Translations under genes and position numbers: made by a program
Shown: piece after piece, positions 44,709 to 55,322 of the stretch
Layout: each line of letters begins with the position of its first letter
Position numbering within the stretch: the first letter of the stretch is position 1
The notes under the pieces: generated by a model
What the model saw: the letters and a program-made list of their open reading frames with translations, nothing else
The model's database searches: none
What the model was told of the DNA's origin: nothing
NCBI GenBank assembly: GCA_963705255.1
Contig: OY970061.1
Span: forward strand, 1,952,001 to 2,016,000
Reading direction: 5' to 3'
Length of the DNA stretch: 64,000 nt
Source of the DNA: an uncultured Methanoregulaceae archaeon
GTDB lineage: Archaea; Halobacteriota; Methanomicrobia; Methanomicrobiales; Methanospirillaceae

Positions 44709-46545
44709 TCAGGTACCAGCCGGAAGCCTGCCCCGCATATCGAAGAACATTCTCAGCCACAACTCAGCACACACGATCCTCCATACTTCCTGAGAATAGG
44801 CTGTTTTTCCTTCAAGGAAAGCGAGATAATCCTTCACCACCGCATCCGCATGCCAGTAGGGACGGGAGTGGAAACTGTCCGAGCTGAGTACTTCCAGCAT
44901 GAACGGACGGAGAGCTTCTTTCATCCACAGTTCTTCGGGCGTGACAAAACCCATCTTGTCCATCCGGCAGCGGACGGACTCGGGAATCAACCCCTTTATT
45001 GCGTTCCTGAGAGTAGTCTTTGTTACGCCGTGGCGGATCTTTTGACTAAGAGGAAGAGATGCAATATATTCCACCAACCGGACGTCCAGGAACGGGACCC
45101 TCGATTCTATGGAGAATGCCATGGAGTTCCGGTCTTCGTAATGGAGGAGCCCCGGGAGGTTGGTAGCCATGAGTTCCCGGCTGAGAACTTCGTTCAGGCT
45201 GCCCGCGTACCGATCGACTGCGGGGGCAACTGATTTCAGGAGTGTCCGGCGTCCCCGGCGGACGAGGACCTGGCGGAATGCGGAACCGAAAAACCCCCGG
45301 TGATGGCGGAAGCTGCCGGCAACTTCCTGCAGGGCGGTCCACCAGTGAAAGGAACGGATCAGTCCGCGGACATAACTTCCCTGGTACGCAAGGTAGCCTG
45401 CAAGGAGCTCATCAGCTCCCTGTCCGTCGAGCACTACTTTTACCGTTTCCTTTGCCAGACGCATGACGCAGTACTGGGCATAGATTGAGAGCGAACCGAA
45501 TGGCTCGTCCTGAGCCCAGACAAGCCGGTCAATGTCATCCCAGAGCTGTTCGGGTGTGGGTTCAACGCGGTGTGCGTCAACCCCGGTTGCTGCAACGATC
45601 TCATCGATATACCGGCTCTCGTCAAACCGCTTGTCGGTAAAGACCGCGGAGAAGGTCTTCTCCCGGGAACCGACACTCGCAGGTGCCTCATCCCGGATGA
45701 GATTATTGATGAGTACCGTGACTGTCGATGAGTCAATTCCGCCCGAGAGGCAGGTCCCCACCGGTACATCGCTTCTCAGGTGGATTCGGGTCGCGCTCAA
45801 CAGTGCTTTCAGAAGTCCGGATGCCGCCTCACGGTCAGAAATTTTTTGTTGTAGGGACGGACTGACCGTAATGTCCCAGTACCGGGACGGCTCCTGCGGC
45901 CCCTCAGCGGTCACCCTCATCCAGTGGGCGGGTTTCAGCTGGAAGATGCCGTCAAACATCGTCTTTCCCGAATGGTCGAATACACCCCAGGCAAGATAGG
46001 TACCAAGAGTCCCATCTTCAGGGCGTTTCCCGACATCAGGATGTGCCAGGAGCGCCTTGATCTCGGAAGCGAAGAGGAACGAACCGTTCACCTGAACATA
46101 ATAGAAGGGTTTGATGCCGAACCGGTCACGGGCGCAGAAGAGATGTTTCCGGCGGTCGTCCCAGATAGCGAATGCCCACATCCCGTTGAACTGCCGGAGG
46201 CAGTCAGCCCCCCATTCTTCGTAGGAGTGCAGGATTACTTCTGAGTCGGATTTTGAATGGAAACGGTGACCGTTCCGGACCAGTATCTCCCGGAGTTCAA
46301 CGTAATTGTAAATTTCACCGTTGAAGACCAGCCAGAGTGTCCCGTCCTCGTTTGTCATCGGCTGGAGGCCATCATCCGTAAGATCGATGATGGCAAGTCT
46401 GCGATGGACCAGCCCCGTACTCTTACAGGTCCAACTCCCCTCCCCGTCAGGACCACGGTGAGAGAGGCGCCGTGACATTTCAGCAAGGAGCTCCCTGTCA
46501 GGTTCCTTACCGGTAAAACAGGTACTGCCCTGCGATCCCGCACAT
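44709..46545 (-). CDS. asnB: Asparagine synthase (glutamine-hydrolysing)-like amidotransferase (frameshift near the start)
   Basis: MCGIAG at 46545 (out of frame), then HRGPD, FNGEIYN, RDRFGIKP, LSGGIDSS and GQGADE. Confidence 0.9.
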
Positions 46546-46782
46546 TGTGTAAACGTGGGTGGTATGGGATAAAAAATATGCCCGCAGTGAACCATTGGTC
46601 AATTACGGGATACCTGCTGAACAAGGAATGGGTAAATTATCGGGGACCACCTTTTCATGAAAAATTTCCCGTTACAGGAAAGCGATACAGAGCCGTTGAT
46701 TTTAACCATCGGCTGTCACATCGTCGCTGCAAAATGGTTCCGGGACGATCCTGCCCCGTGAAAAGTGATTGCAAAAAATTTG

Positions 46783-47091
46783 TCAGAGATAATTATTCCG
46801 CCGGAGCCACTCCACCTGCGGACCGGTATACCGATAGATAATATCGCATTTCTCGTCCTGGAAATTCCACGGGATGACAATAAGGATGTCACCCTCGCGG
46901 ATCCATACTTTCTTTTTTATCTTTCCCTTGATCCTGCCCATCCGTGTCACACCGTCGAAACAGCGGACCCGGATATGGTTGGCACCCATCATCAGTTCGG
47001 CACACCCGAACATTTCCCGGTTGCGCTTCTGGGGCAGTTTCACCCTAATGATCTCATCGCCCGGTGGCGCTCCCGGTTTCTTGTCAGTCAG
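46783..47091 (-). CDS. eif1a: Translation initiation factor aIF-1A (probable CTG start)
   Basis: EIIRVKLP...MMGANHIRVRC.DG.TRMGRIKGKIKKKVWIREGD...DIIYRY; SD-like AGGAGAGGT lies just before CTG at 47091. Confidence 0.92.
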   Translation of the reverse strand: MTDKKPGAPPGDEIIRVKLPQKRNREMFGCAELMMGANHIRVRCFDGVTRMGRIKGKIKKKVWIREGDILIVIPWNFQDEKCDIIYRYTGPQVEWLRRNNYL

Positions 47092-47288
47092 TACAACCTC
47101 TCCTGTGTCCCGGATATTTCATGAATTTTTCGTGCTTAATTGTTGGCGTAAGAGAAAATATATTTATTCCTTCTGTTAAATTCCGGCGAGAAGGGATCCG
47201 GTAGACCTATTCATGATAGTACATACTTCCGGGTAGTTTCATCCGGTTCAATTCCGGTTCGGGCGTTATGACTGAGTGTAAACCGGGA

Positions 47289-47927
47289 TCAGGGTAGAGA
47301 GATGACACGGCCGGCGATGAGCAGGATGAGCATCCCGGCACCGAAGAAGACGATCAGCAGCCCCGAGATGCGGTTGATCAGCTTCAGATTCTCTCTGCCG
47401 ATACTGGAGCGGACGGAACCTATTGAGCCGCACAGGACGATCCACCAGATCGTTGAACCGATGAAGACTCCGGCAACAAATTCCGCAGCAGCGATAACCG
47501 ACGTACCCTGGAATATGTACCCGAACCCCGGCAGGATAGCGATGAAGAAGACAAGGGTCAGCGGGTTTGCGATCGCGATGGCAACCATCGAGAGGTAATC
47601 TTTCAGGTAGGGCTCGTGCTCCGAATCAGTGCTGACACTTGCAGGTTCTGAAAAGAAAACCCGGAGGCCGACCAGGACAAGAACGAGCCCCGCGAGGGAC
47701 CGGAAGACCGACTGGTATCCAAGGATTAGGCCGGACACGACGGTCAGGCCAAGGAACGAGACAGCCGCGTAGACGGAATCCGCAGTAGCCACACCGATGC
47801 CGGAGAAGATCCCGTGGAGGCGGCCGTCAGCAACGGTGCGGTGGATGCAGAGCAGGGAGATCGGTCCGACGGGTACTGCAAGGGTAAGACCGATCACGAT
47901 TCCCTGCATGACAAGGCTGAGGTCCAC
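47289..47927 (-). CDS. LysE-family translocator
   Basis: PVGP, GIGVATAD and ANPLT; about six TM helices. Confidence 0.9.
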   Translation of the reverse strand: MDLSLVMQGIVIGLTLAVPVGPISLLCIHRTVADGRLHGIFSGIGVATADSVYAAVSFLGLTVVSGLILGYQSVFRSLAGLVLVLVGLRVFFSEPASVSTDSEHEPYLKDYLSMVAIAIANPLTLVFFIAILPGFGYIFQGTSVIAAAEFVAGVFIGSTIWWIVLCGSIGSVRSSIGRENLKLINRISGLLIVFFGAGMLILLIAGRVISLP

Positions 47928-48471
47928 GAAACACCCGGGAGTTTGTTGTTAACCTGTTGACCGTTCCCTGACATCAATGTTCCATAATTGACCGGAAGTG
48001 ATTTCCTGGACCGGAGTGCGAAACCACCTCCCTCTTTGGTAGGGGATGTTCGGAAAACGCGACGATAAGGACGCGTCGGCATATCCCATGAAATAAACGG
48101 ATTTTACCAATGATTTTGTATACATGAAACGATGCGGGGAGCCGGATTTGGACGGACGAACTCCTTCGAGGATCCACCGTAACTTCGAGTCGATATTACG
48201 GGCAAGAAGCGTCGCTCCAGCGAACAATTCCCCCCTGCCAAAATGAATCTCGGGAAAATGCAGAAGGAATACCGACTAACCTGTCTGTAATCCGGTTATC
48301 TGACGATCACTCATCGGCAGCTTACTGACTGATTACCGGCAAAGGAACGGTGTTCCGGATAACATCTTTCTATTTCTGGAAATGAGATCTTTCCATCCGG
48401 TTCATCCGAAAAATGTGACGGAAGAAATTCACTGGTGACATGAATGCAGAAAATCAATCCGGTTCGTTGTT

Positions 48472-50490
48472 CTACCCCACGCCGACCCCCTCCATCATCT
48501 TCATGACCTCCTCCTTATCCCGGTAATACTGCTGGACCATCTGGGTCACGGTATGGTAATCCCTGATGTGGGTCTTCTGCATCCAGTTGATGAACCGGGT
48601 CCTGTCTTCCAGTTCCTGCTGGAGCTTTTCTTTGCTGACACCATGGGTATCCCGGATCTTGTCGAACAAAAAGCTGCGCCCCTGCCACTTGAACTCATCA
48701 ACCTCAGGCACCCACTTAAATACCGTATTGGTGATGAGGTCCCCCTTATCCCTGTCGAGTTCAAGGATCTCTACGATATTGGATATCCTTCTCATGCTCC
48801 GCTCGCCTTTCTTGATGTGCATCGGAAAGATGACGAGATCGAGGTTCGAGAGGAGGCTCCTTGGCACATTCATCGGGTTGGATTCCACACGGGCGAGCAG
48901 TTCATCCATGGATCCGGCATGGATTGTTCCAAGCGCCGCGTGACCGACGGCGATTGCCTGGAAGAGCGTGAAGGCTTCTCCGCCCCGTACCTCACCAACG
49001 ATGATAAACTCGGGCCGCTGCCGCAGGGCCGCGACCAGGAGATCGTAGAGCGAGATGTCGCCAGGCGATTTTGAGGAACCCCCGCCGAGACCAGAGATAC
49101 CGCTTGAGCCCCCACTGGATTCAGAGGTTCCGAACCCTGAACGGGTGATTGACTGGATCCAGTTGGGATGCATAAGGTTCAATTCAGCGGTATCTTCGAT
49201 GGAGACGATCTTGTATTCCGGGGGGATGAAACTGCAGAGAACGTTGAGGAACGTGGTCTTACCGGTTGCGGTTCCGCCCGATACGAGAATCGAGCGCTTG
49301 TATTCCATGAGGATCCACGTGTAGGCAAGCTGTTGCGCGTCGATTGACCCGTAATCCATGAGTTCGATCGAGGAGATCGGGTTGGCCCTGAATTTACGGA
49401 TTGTAAAAGTTGAGCCTCTCTTGGTCACTTCACCGCCGAGCGTGATATTGGCACGGCTGCCATCCGGGAGAGTAAGATCGCGGATCGGCTGGAGGAGAGA
49501 GACGTGACGGCCGCTTACCTGTGCGAGTTTCAGGACAAAGTTGTTCAGTTCGACTTCCGCAAACTGGACATTGGTCCTGATAGACCCGTACGTGCGGTGC
49601 TGGACATAGATATTCATGTTCGAGCCGTTGCAGCTGATATCTTCGATGTACTTATCCTTCATCAGGGTGTCAATCCGCCCGTACCCGAGGTAGTTTTTCT
49701 TAAGGTGAAAAAACATCCTTTGTTTCTGGGTATCGGAGAGTTTGAGCCCGAAGATGTGCATCAGCGAATAGAAACGGTCGTGGAGGTAAATCTCCCGTTG
49801 GGCGGCGTCGATAAGCTCGACGTTCGTACTCACCAGCTTTTCGAATGCGTTCTCGATAATCCTGAGTGCACTGGCCTCCTCATCGCTCAGTGCCGGCTCG
49901 GCAACGCTGTAGACGAGTGCCCCTTCCTGCCGGATGAATTCGATATGGACGAACTGGTAAGGCTCCTCGACGATATACGTGATATTGACGTCCCTGAGCG
50001 CACCTTCGAGCGAAGGAATGGATGTCTCCCCGGGATCGAAGGTCACGGTATCGATCTCCCGTTCCGCAGGCCTGGAAAAGACTGAGAGCAGTTTCTGCAG
50101 TCCTCCCAATGGCGTACTGGCAATCCGGCTCCCGTCTCGAACGTTCACCGAAGAATCCGAACCCTGCATCTGAACAGCTGGTGGAGCAACGGTTGCAGCA
50201 CCGGTAGCGGCAGGGTCGGTTTCCAGTTTCTGCGCAGAAAATTCCTCTTCGTAAGGTTCCTCTTCCACCATTAATGACCGGAGTTTCCGGAACCCGGAAA
50301 GCCCGCCGGCATTGCGCCTGCCTAAAGGCTTTGCACGGGGATTTTCTCTGTCAGCTTCGTGGGGTGTCTCAATTCTTCCAGCCCCCTCAGGAGGGGAACC
50401 GGCCGGCATCAGGTCCTGATCATCAGGGTCGGTATCGAGAGCCCATGACCGGAGTTTTCCCGTAAAGGAGCTGGTATTGGAGTCTGTCAT
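48472..50490 (-). CDS. Type II/IV secretion / archaeal pilus assembly ATPase (FlaI/PilB/VirB11 family)
   Basis: IEDISCNG, FTIRKF, GGTATGKTT, SIEDTAEL, LRQRP..IIVGEVRG and GH..LGTIHA. Confidence 0.93.
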   Translation of the reverse strand: MTDSNTSSFTGKLRSWALDTDPDDQDLMPAGSPPEGAGRIETPHEADRENPRAKPLGRRNAGGLSGFRKLRSLMVEEEPYEEEFSAQKLETDPAATGAATVAPPAVQMQGSDSSVNVRDGSRIASTPLGGLQKLLSVFSRPAEREIDTVTFDPGETSIPSLEGALRDVNITYIVEEPYQFVHIEFIRQEGALVYSVAEPALSDEEASALRIIENAFEKLVSTNVELIDAAQREIYLHDRFYSLMHIFGLKLSDTQKQRMFFHLKKNYLGYGRIDTLMKDKYIEDISCNGSNMNIYVQHRTYGSIRTNVQFAEVELNNFVLKLAQVSGRHVSLLQPIRDLTLPDGSRANITLGGEVTKRGSTFTIRKFRANPISSIELMDYGSIDAQQLAYTWILMEYKRSILVSGGTATGKTTFLNVLCSFIPPEYKIVSIEDTAELNLMHPNWIQSITRSGFGTSESSGGSSGISGLGGGSSKSPGDISLYDLLVAALRQRPEFIIVGEVRGGEAFTLFQAIAVGHAALGTIHAGSMDELLARVESNPMNVPRSLLSNLDLVIFPMHIKKGERSMRRISNIVEILELDRDKGDLITNTVFKWVPEVDEFKWQGRSFLFDKIRDTHGVSKEKLQQELEDRTRFINWMQKTHIRDYHTVTQMVQQYYRDKEEVMKMMEGVGVG

Positions 50491-50665
50491 TGATCTCTCC
50501 GGTCGATCCTAGTGCTTGAGGAATCCCGCGTATTTCTGCCGCTCCGGTCACCGATTTTCCGGTGATAAAAGTGTTCGGCCTTACCTGAACGGTCAGGAAG
50601 AGAAACTAAGCCCCTTCGTGTCATCATCCGATCAACGATTGTTCCATGGTTGAACGGCGATCAAT

Positions 50666-50711
50666 ATATAATTTTTCAATTGAGTATATAGTTTTCACAA
50701 TATGAATATAT
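50666..50711 (-). promoter_or_regulatory. BRE/TATA with an upstream CTATAT element (ATPase promoter)
   Basis: Minus strand GAAAAATTATATAT, with CTATAT 20 bp and ATATAT 40 bp upstream. Confidence 0.5.
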
Positions 50712-51209
50712 CCCGGTTTTCTCTGCTGGACAAAAATGGTATCAAAACCCGATAATGTCAGGTTGTCTTCAAGATGACAAGGTATCATGGGTGTGATGAC
50801 CTGCCTGGACCATCAGACAATGAATAGAAGGTTGCTGCATAATCAGGCACCATTTCGTTTGTAACTGGTACCAGGCGAAAAATGACAGCCGAACGTGCCT
50901 AAAGCGATTCCAAGTGCAATATCGAAATCAGGGTTATCGAAATACGCAATCGGAGCTCCTGTCATTGCTCCATGCATAACAACCCAAAGTTCGTACCGGA
51001 CCTTGCCGCAATAGACCCGGTAGTTTACATTATCTGTTACAATTTTTAAAATTCATGTTCATACAAAGCATTCATCGATGAAAAAAATCCGGGAGGTATT
51101 CGCTCATTCATACTCTTTCCTCCTTGCCTGCGGGCGCTTATCCGCTTCTATTCCCGGCGAAGACGAATAAATACGTGGAAGTGTTGGAGTGAACCGTCAG
51201 AAACGGTGG

Positions 51210-52008
51210 TCATGTAACCGTTACAGCCGCACTCCGGTTCACCCATGCCATGCCTGCCGTACTGGTTATCCTGAACTTCACATCGTACGTACCAGGTAGT
51301 ATATACTGGTGGGTACTATTCCGGAAACTGCTGGTCATACCATCCCCGAAGTCCCAGTACCATGCGGAGGGTTGCGGGTACCCGGTGCCGGCATCGGTAA
51401 AGGCGACCGTAAGGGGATGAGGGCCCTGATTGGGAACTGCCAAAAATCCAGGTGAATACACGGAGATATTTGTGGTGAAATCGCTCGATCCGGCCGCATT
51501 TGTTGCAGTGAACACGACCATATACTGCCCTCCGGAATAAAACGTGTAGCCGGGGTTCTGCAAAGTCGAGGATCCTCCATCACCAAAGTCTCCAGGACCA
51601 GACAGTTGGCATGTTCTGCGAGGAATCCGTGAACTGAACCGCAAGCGGTGCAAACCCCAGAGTGACGTTCGAAGTAAATTGTGCAACCGGAATCGATATG
51701 CTGCCGATAGTGGTGCTGGAATTCGTTGCATTGCCGGTAATATTTGTCGCGTTGATCGTGGTATATTGTGCCGGCGATATCAAAGGAATATCTTCCGTGA
51801 GGTTCGGGGTCACGGTACTACTGCCCGATCCGGCCCCTGGCGTTCCGACCGGCGATGCGACATACTGGTCCGGGAGCGTCGGTGTTTCCACCGGAGTATT
51901 CAGGGAGTTCTCGCCTGACTGCGGAATGGTTGCCGGATTTGTGAAGCAACCGGCTGATATCATTCCGGCCGCGAGAAGCAGCAGGACAATTACTCCCTGA
52001 GATTTCAT
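51210..52008 (-). CDS. PKD-domain lipoprotein with two PKD repeats (frameshift near 51595)
   Basis: ISAGC lipobox, Thr/Asn-rich linker, APLAVQFTDSS...W.W/DFGDG and WYWDFGDG. Confidence 0.85.
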
Positions 52009-52167
52009 AGATAAGATTAAGTTACTATAGTCTTAAACCATTTCCTATATTTTTCAGGATGAGTGCATAAAATAATATCGGAACCAGATTTTTCTTGCAA
52101 TCATATACCATTTTTACGACTGATGGAAGGGAAAGATTGATGAAACTTCCGACCCTATAGTTATTCG

Positions 52168-52800
52168 ATGACGTATAGATATCTCCAAATCGTCGCTCTT
52201 TTCCTGCTTGTTCCTGCACTTTTTTTCTCAGGGTGCACCTCAGTGAGGCTGGCAGATACCCATGATATTACTCTTGCCGTGAAGAGCTATGACACATGGG
52301 TGGATGCCCAGAAAACCTATGACCGGCAGGTGCGCACGTCGCTTGACCAAATAGGGCAACATATCACCATCTATAACAACGAGCTTGCGAAAAGCCAGCC
52401 GGATATAAAGGTCCTCCGTGCCGATACTGCATCCGATCAGCAGGCTCTTCGGGCTTGGGAAGCGCAGAGCAGCGCGCTTGATGCTGCGACTGATCGGTTT
52501 AATGCCGAGACATCGGCTCTCAATTTTTCAGCATCGCCCGATGCCAGACAGGCAGTGGATGTGGTTGCGCAGGATATGAAGATCTATTCCATTACAATGA
52601 ACAATGCAGAGCAGCATCTCGTAGATTACACGAACGCAATGAACGCTTATCTGACTCCGGATGATCCTGATTACTGGAACGATGCGTTCCGCGTTGCTGC
52701 CATGGATGCGAACAGCAAAGCGGTAAAGACCATCACGGACGGTGACGATGCACTTGCGGCACTCTCATCGGCTGCAAAGAAGCTGGAAGCGTACCAGTAA
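52168..52800 (+). CDS. Hypothetical alpha-helical lipoprotein
   Basis: LFFSGC lipobox and an Ala/Asp/Gln-rich helical body. Confidence 0.8.
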   Translation: MTYRYLQIVALFLLVPALFFSGCTSVRLADTHDITLAVKSYDTWVDAQKTYDRQVRTSLDQIGQHITIYNNELAKSQPDIKVLRADTASDQQALRAWEAQSSALDAATDRFNAETSALNFSASPDARQAVDVVAQDMKIYSITMNNAEQHLVDYTNAMNAYLTPDDPDYWNDAFRVAAMDANSKAVKTITDGDDALAALSSAAKKLEAYQ

Positions 52801-53085
52801 AAGATCTTTTTTCAATAGAGTGGGCGTTGCGTGAAATACATGCCAGCATATTCCTACCCGGGCTTCCCAGCGGGAAAAACGGGGAAAACGTCACTTTCGG
52901 CAGCTCGCATTTTATCCTATCGGACGGGGCAATGGAATGCTGTACAAAATTCCCCCTCTCTTATTCCGAGGGAACCATCGCGCCGGCTATCCTTAACAGG
53001 GAGGGGATTTTTTGATCGCATCCAATTGTGCAGGTTCAACCCGGAATGTTGCAGGGTGAGTATACACGCGATATTCTCTTTTCTT

Positions 53086-55083
53086 TCACTGTACGTACCA
53101 GTCGTGAATGGTCTGGTTCGCCGCGCCGTCGATCATGGTCGAGTTGTCCGATGAGATAAGGCTCAGGCTCCCCTGCCCGTTCATGCCGAGGCTGTTGATC
53201 TGGATCCAAGCGTTGTCAAGGTCGTTGAGGATCGGCGAACCGTCGACGATGAATAATGTCCGCGCCGATGCAGGAGGGAAATAGTAGGTCAGGGCGGTGT
53301 TGAAATCACTCATATACGGGATGTAGATGCTGTCAATCTTCCCCTCCGATATGAGGTCGCCGTCGATATAGAGAGCCATATCCGGGAAACTGAACTTGAG
53401 GATTTTTCCGGAGTCGATGTGGATATCGCCGGACTGATCCTTCTGCGCCACGATACGGACGACAGCCCCTTTCGGGATCTCGCGGAACCCGCCGTTCATA
53501 CCGATCGTTGCCGGGGAATTGCTGATTACAAACTGGACGTTGGAGTCCTTGCGGATGATACCCTGTTTCCCGGTCTTCACAACGATATCCTGCAGGGGGA
53601 GCATGTAGGGGGCCGTCACCGTAACGTACCCGGTCTTGAACGCATCGCTGCTGGCGTAGACGGTGCCTATGGAAAGCCAGACCGGGTAGACCCCGGGCTG
53701 GTCGTACTCAACAACCGGGTTCGGGTCGTTCGAATAGATCGGGGTGGCATTGGGCCCGAAACTCCAGTTCCACCACCATGGCGAGCCCGACGAGAGATCC
53801 TGGAACCTGACCTTGAGCGGTGCAGCTCCCGTTAACGGGGTGCCATTGAAATCGGCGACCAGTTGCGGCGAGTCTACAATGACCGCATTCTCCCGGATAC
53901 GGGAGTCGGTCTGGTCGCCGCTGTGTACCGTGAGATTGATGGAATAGGAGCCGGGGTCCTGGTACTGGTGGACCGGATCTCTCTCCGATGACGTGCTCCC
54001 ATCCCCGAAGTCCCACGACCACGCGGTCTCATTCTCCCGGATACCCACCGACTTGTCCCGGAACGAGACATTGAACGGTGCCAGGCCTTCATCCGGCGGG
54101 CCGGAGGAGAAATCTGCGATGAGGGCGGGCGAGAGGGAGATCGAGTCCGCTTTCCCTTCGTAGAAGGCAGGAAAGCCGACGAGCGTAAGATCACTGCGGA
54201 TATCGGCAGTATCGAGGGATAGATCGATCTGCGAATTTTCTTCTCCTGACAGGTTCTCCTCTCCGTCGATGACGAGCTGGCGAATATCCCCTTCTGTCGG
54301 AATAATCCCAAACGACAGGTTCGCCCGGGCACTCGCAGGGCCCGCGACATCACAGTCCCCGGATACGCCGGTGGCAGCCTGTGAACCGTTGACAAAGAGC
54401 GTCGCGTCATCAGCACTAAACGCAAGCAGGTTGCCGTACCGTATGGTCACATTTCCGGGGGAATCGATATCTGTCCTGAGCTTCACCACCGAGCCGTTGG
54501 GGATGGTTATGTGCTGCCCGGCTATGGTGACCGAAGTGTCGTTGCGATCCGACACGAAGACAAAATATGACCCTTTCTTCAGCACGCCCTGCCGGAGCGT
54601 ATCGAGAAGGACCGTGTGCTCCTGACGGATCCCGTCGCCGACCGCCGTATTCTGGGTAATGGTCTGGGGTGCCCCGTCACCCCGGGTAACCGTAAGCGTA
54701 ACATTGTAGCTCCCGGGCGACGCGTACTGGTGGACGGGGAAACGGCTGTCGCTCGTACTGTTGTCGCCAAAGTCCCAGTACCAGGTCACGGGATCACCCC
54801 GGCTCAGATCGAGAAACTTCATGGTCAGCGGAGTGTACAGATCCGAACGCGACCCGGAGAAATCTGCAATGAGGGGTTTTTGAAGCGGCGTTGAAAGAGA
54901 GGTTGCCATCCCCCCAATCGGCGTCGTCGGGGACGCCGAGGCCCTGGGCTCGAACACCTGGGCCAGGACAGCCGGGCCGGGGAGCAGGTGGAAAAAAGAT
55001 GCTGCACCGGCAAGAAGGAGAACCATGAAGAGGATGCCGGCGATGAGCACGCGTTTTTTTATACGGGGAAATGAACGCTTCAT
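53086..55083 (-). CDS. Surface protein with three PKD domains and two related beta-rich domains
   Basis: N-terminal TM, WYWDFGD, WSWDFGDG and WNWSFG; duplicated segment T.RQGVLKKGS / TGKQGIIRKDS. Confidence 0.88.
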   Translation of the reverse strand: MKRSFPRIKKRVLIAGILFMVLLLAGAASFFHLLPGPAVLAQVFEPRASASPTTPIGGMATSLSTPLQKPLIADFSGSRSDLYTPLTMKFLDLSRGDPVTWYWDFGDNSTSDSRFPVHQYASPGSYNVTLTVTRGDGAPQTITQNTAVGDGIRQEHTVLLDTLRQGVLKKGSYFVFVSDRNDTSVTIAGQHITIPNGSVVKLRTDIDSPGNVTIRYGNLLAFSADDATLFVNGSQAATGVSGDCDVAGPASARANLSFGIIPTEGDIRQLVIDGEENLSGEENSQIDLSLDTADIRSDLTLVGFPAFYEGKADSISLSPALIADFSSGPPDEGLAPFNVSFRDKSVGIRENETAWSWDFGDGSTSSERDPVHQYQDPGSYSINLTVHSGDQTDSRIRENAVIVDSPQLVADFNGTPLTGAAPLKVRFQDLSSGSPWWWNWSFGPNATPIYSNDPNPVVEYDQPGVYPVWLSIGTVYASSDAFKTGYVTVTAPYMLPLQDIVVKTGKQGIIRKDSNVQFVISNSPATIGMNGGFREIPKGAVVRIVAQKDQSGDIHIDSGKILKFSFPDMALYIDGDLISEGKIDSIYIPYMSDFNTALTYYFPPASARTLFIVDGSPILNDLDNAWIQINSLGMNGQGSLSLISSDNSTMIDGAANQTIHDWYVQ

Positions 55084-55219
55084 ATATCGGTTCCGGGTAT
55101 CGAAGAGTCTGAGGAAGAAGGTCGCCGATGGAGGATGATGGTTCGTGTGCACTGGCTGGATCCGGAGGGTATTCCGCACCGGGTTTTATGACTACTGTAC
55201 TCTTCCGGGTTTTTTTGAA

Positions 55220-55255
55220 ATATATCTTTTGAGTAGAGAATATAGAGTGATATAA
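55220..55255 (-). promoter_or_regulatory. BRE/TATA with an upstream CTATAT element (PKD gene promoter)
   Basis: Minus strand AAAAGATATATTT, with CTATAT 20 bp and TTATAT 30 bp upstream. Confidence 0.5.
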
Positions 55256-55322
55256 TGTCCCCATATGTTTTTCAAAAGTTCAGTCTCTGCAGCTATTCCC
55301 GTGCGACAGTGTGCGCTGTGGT

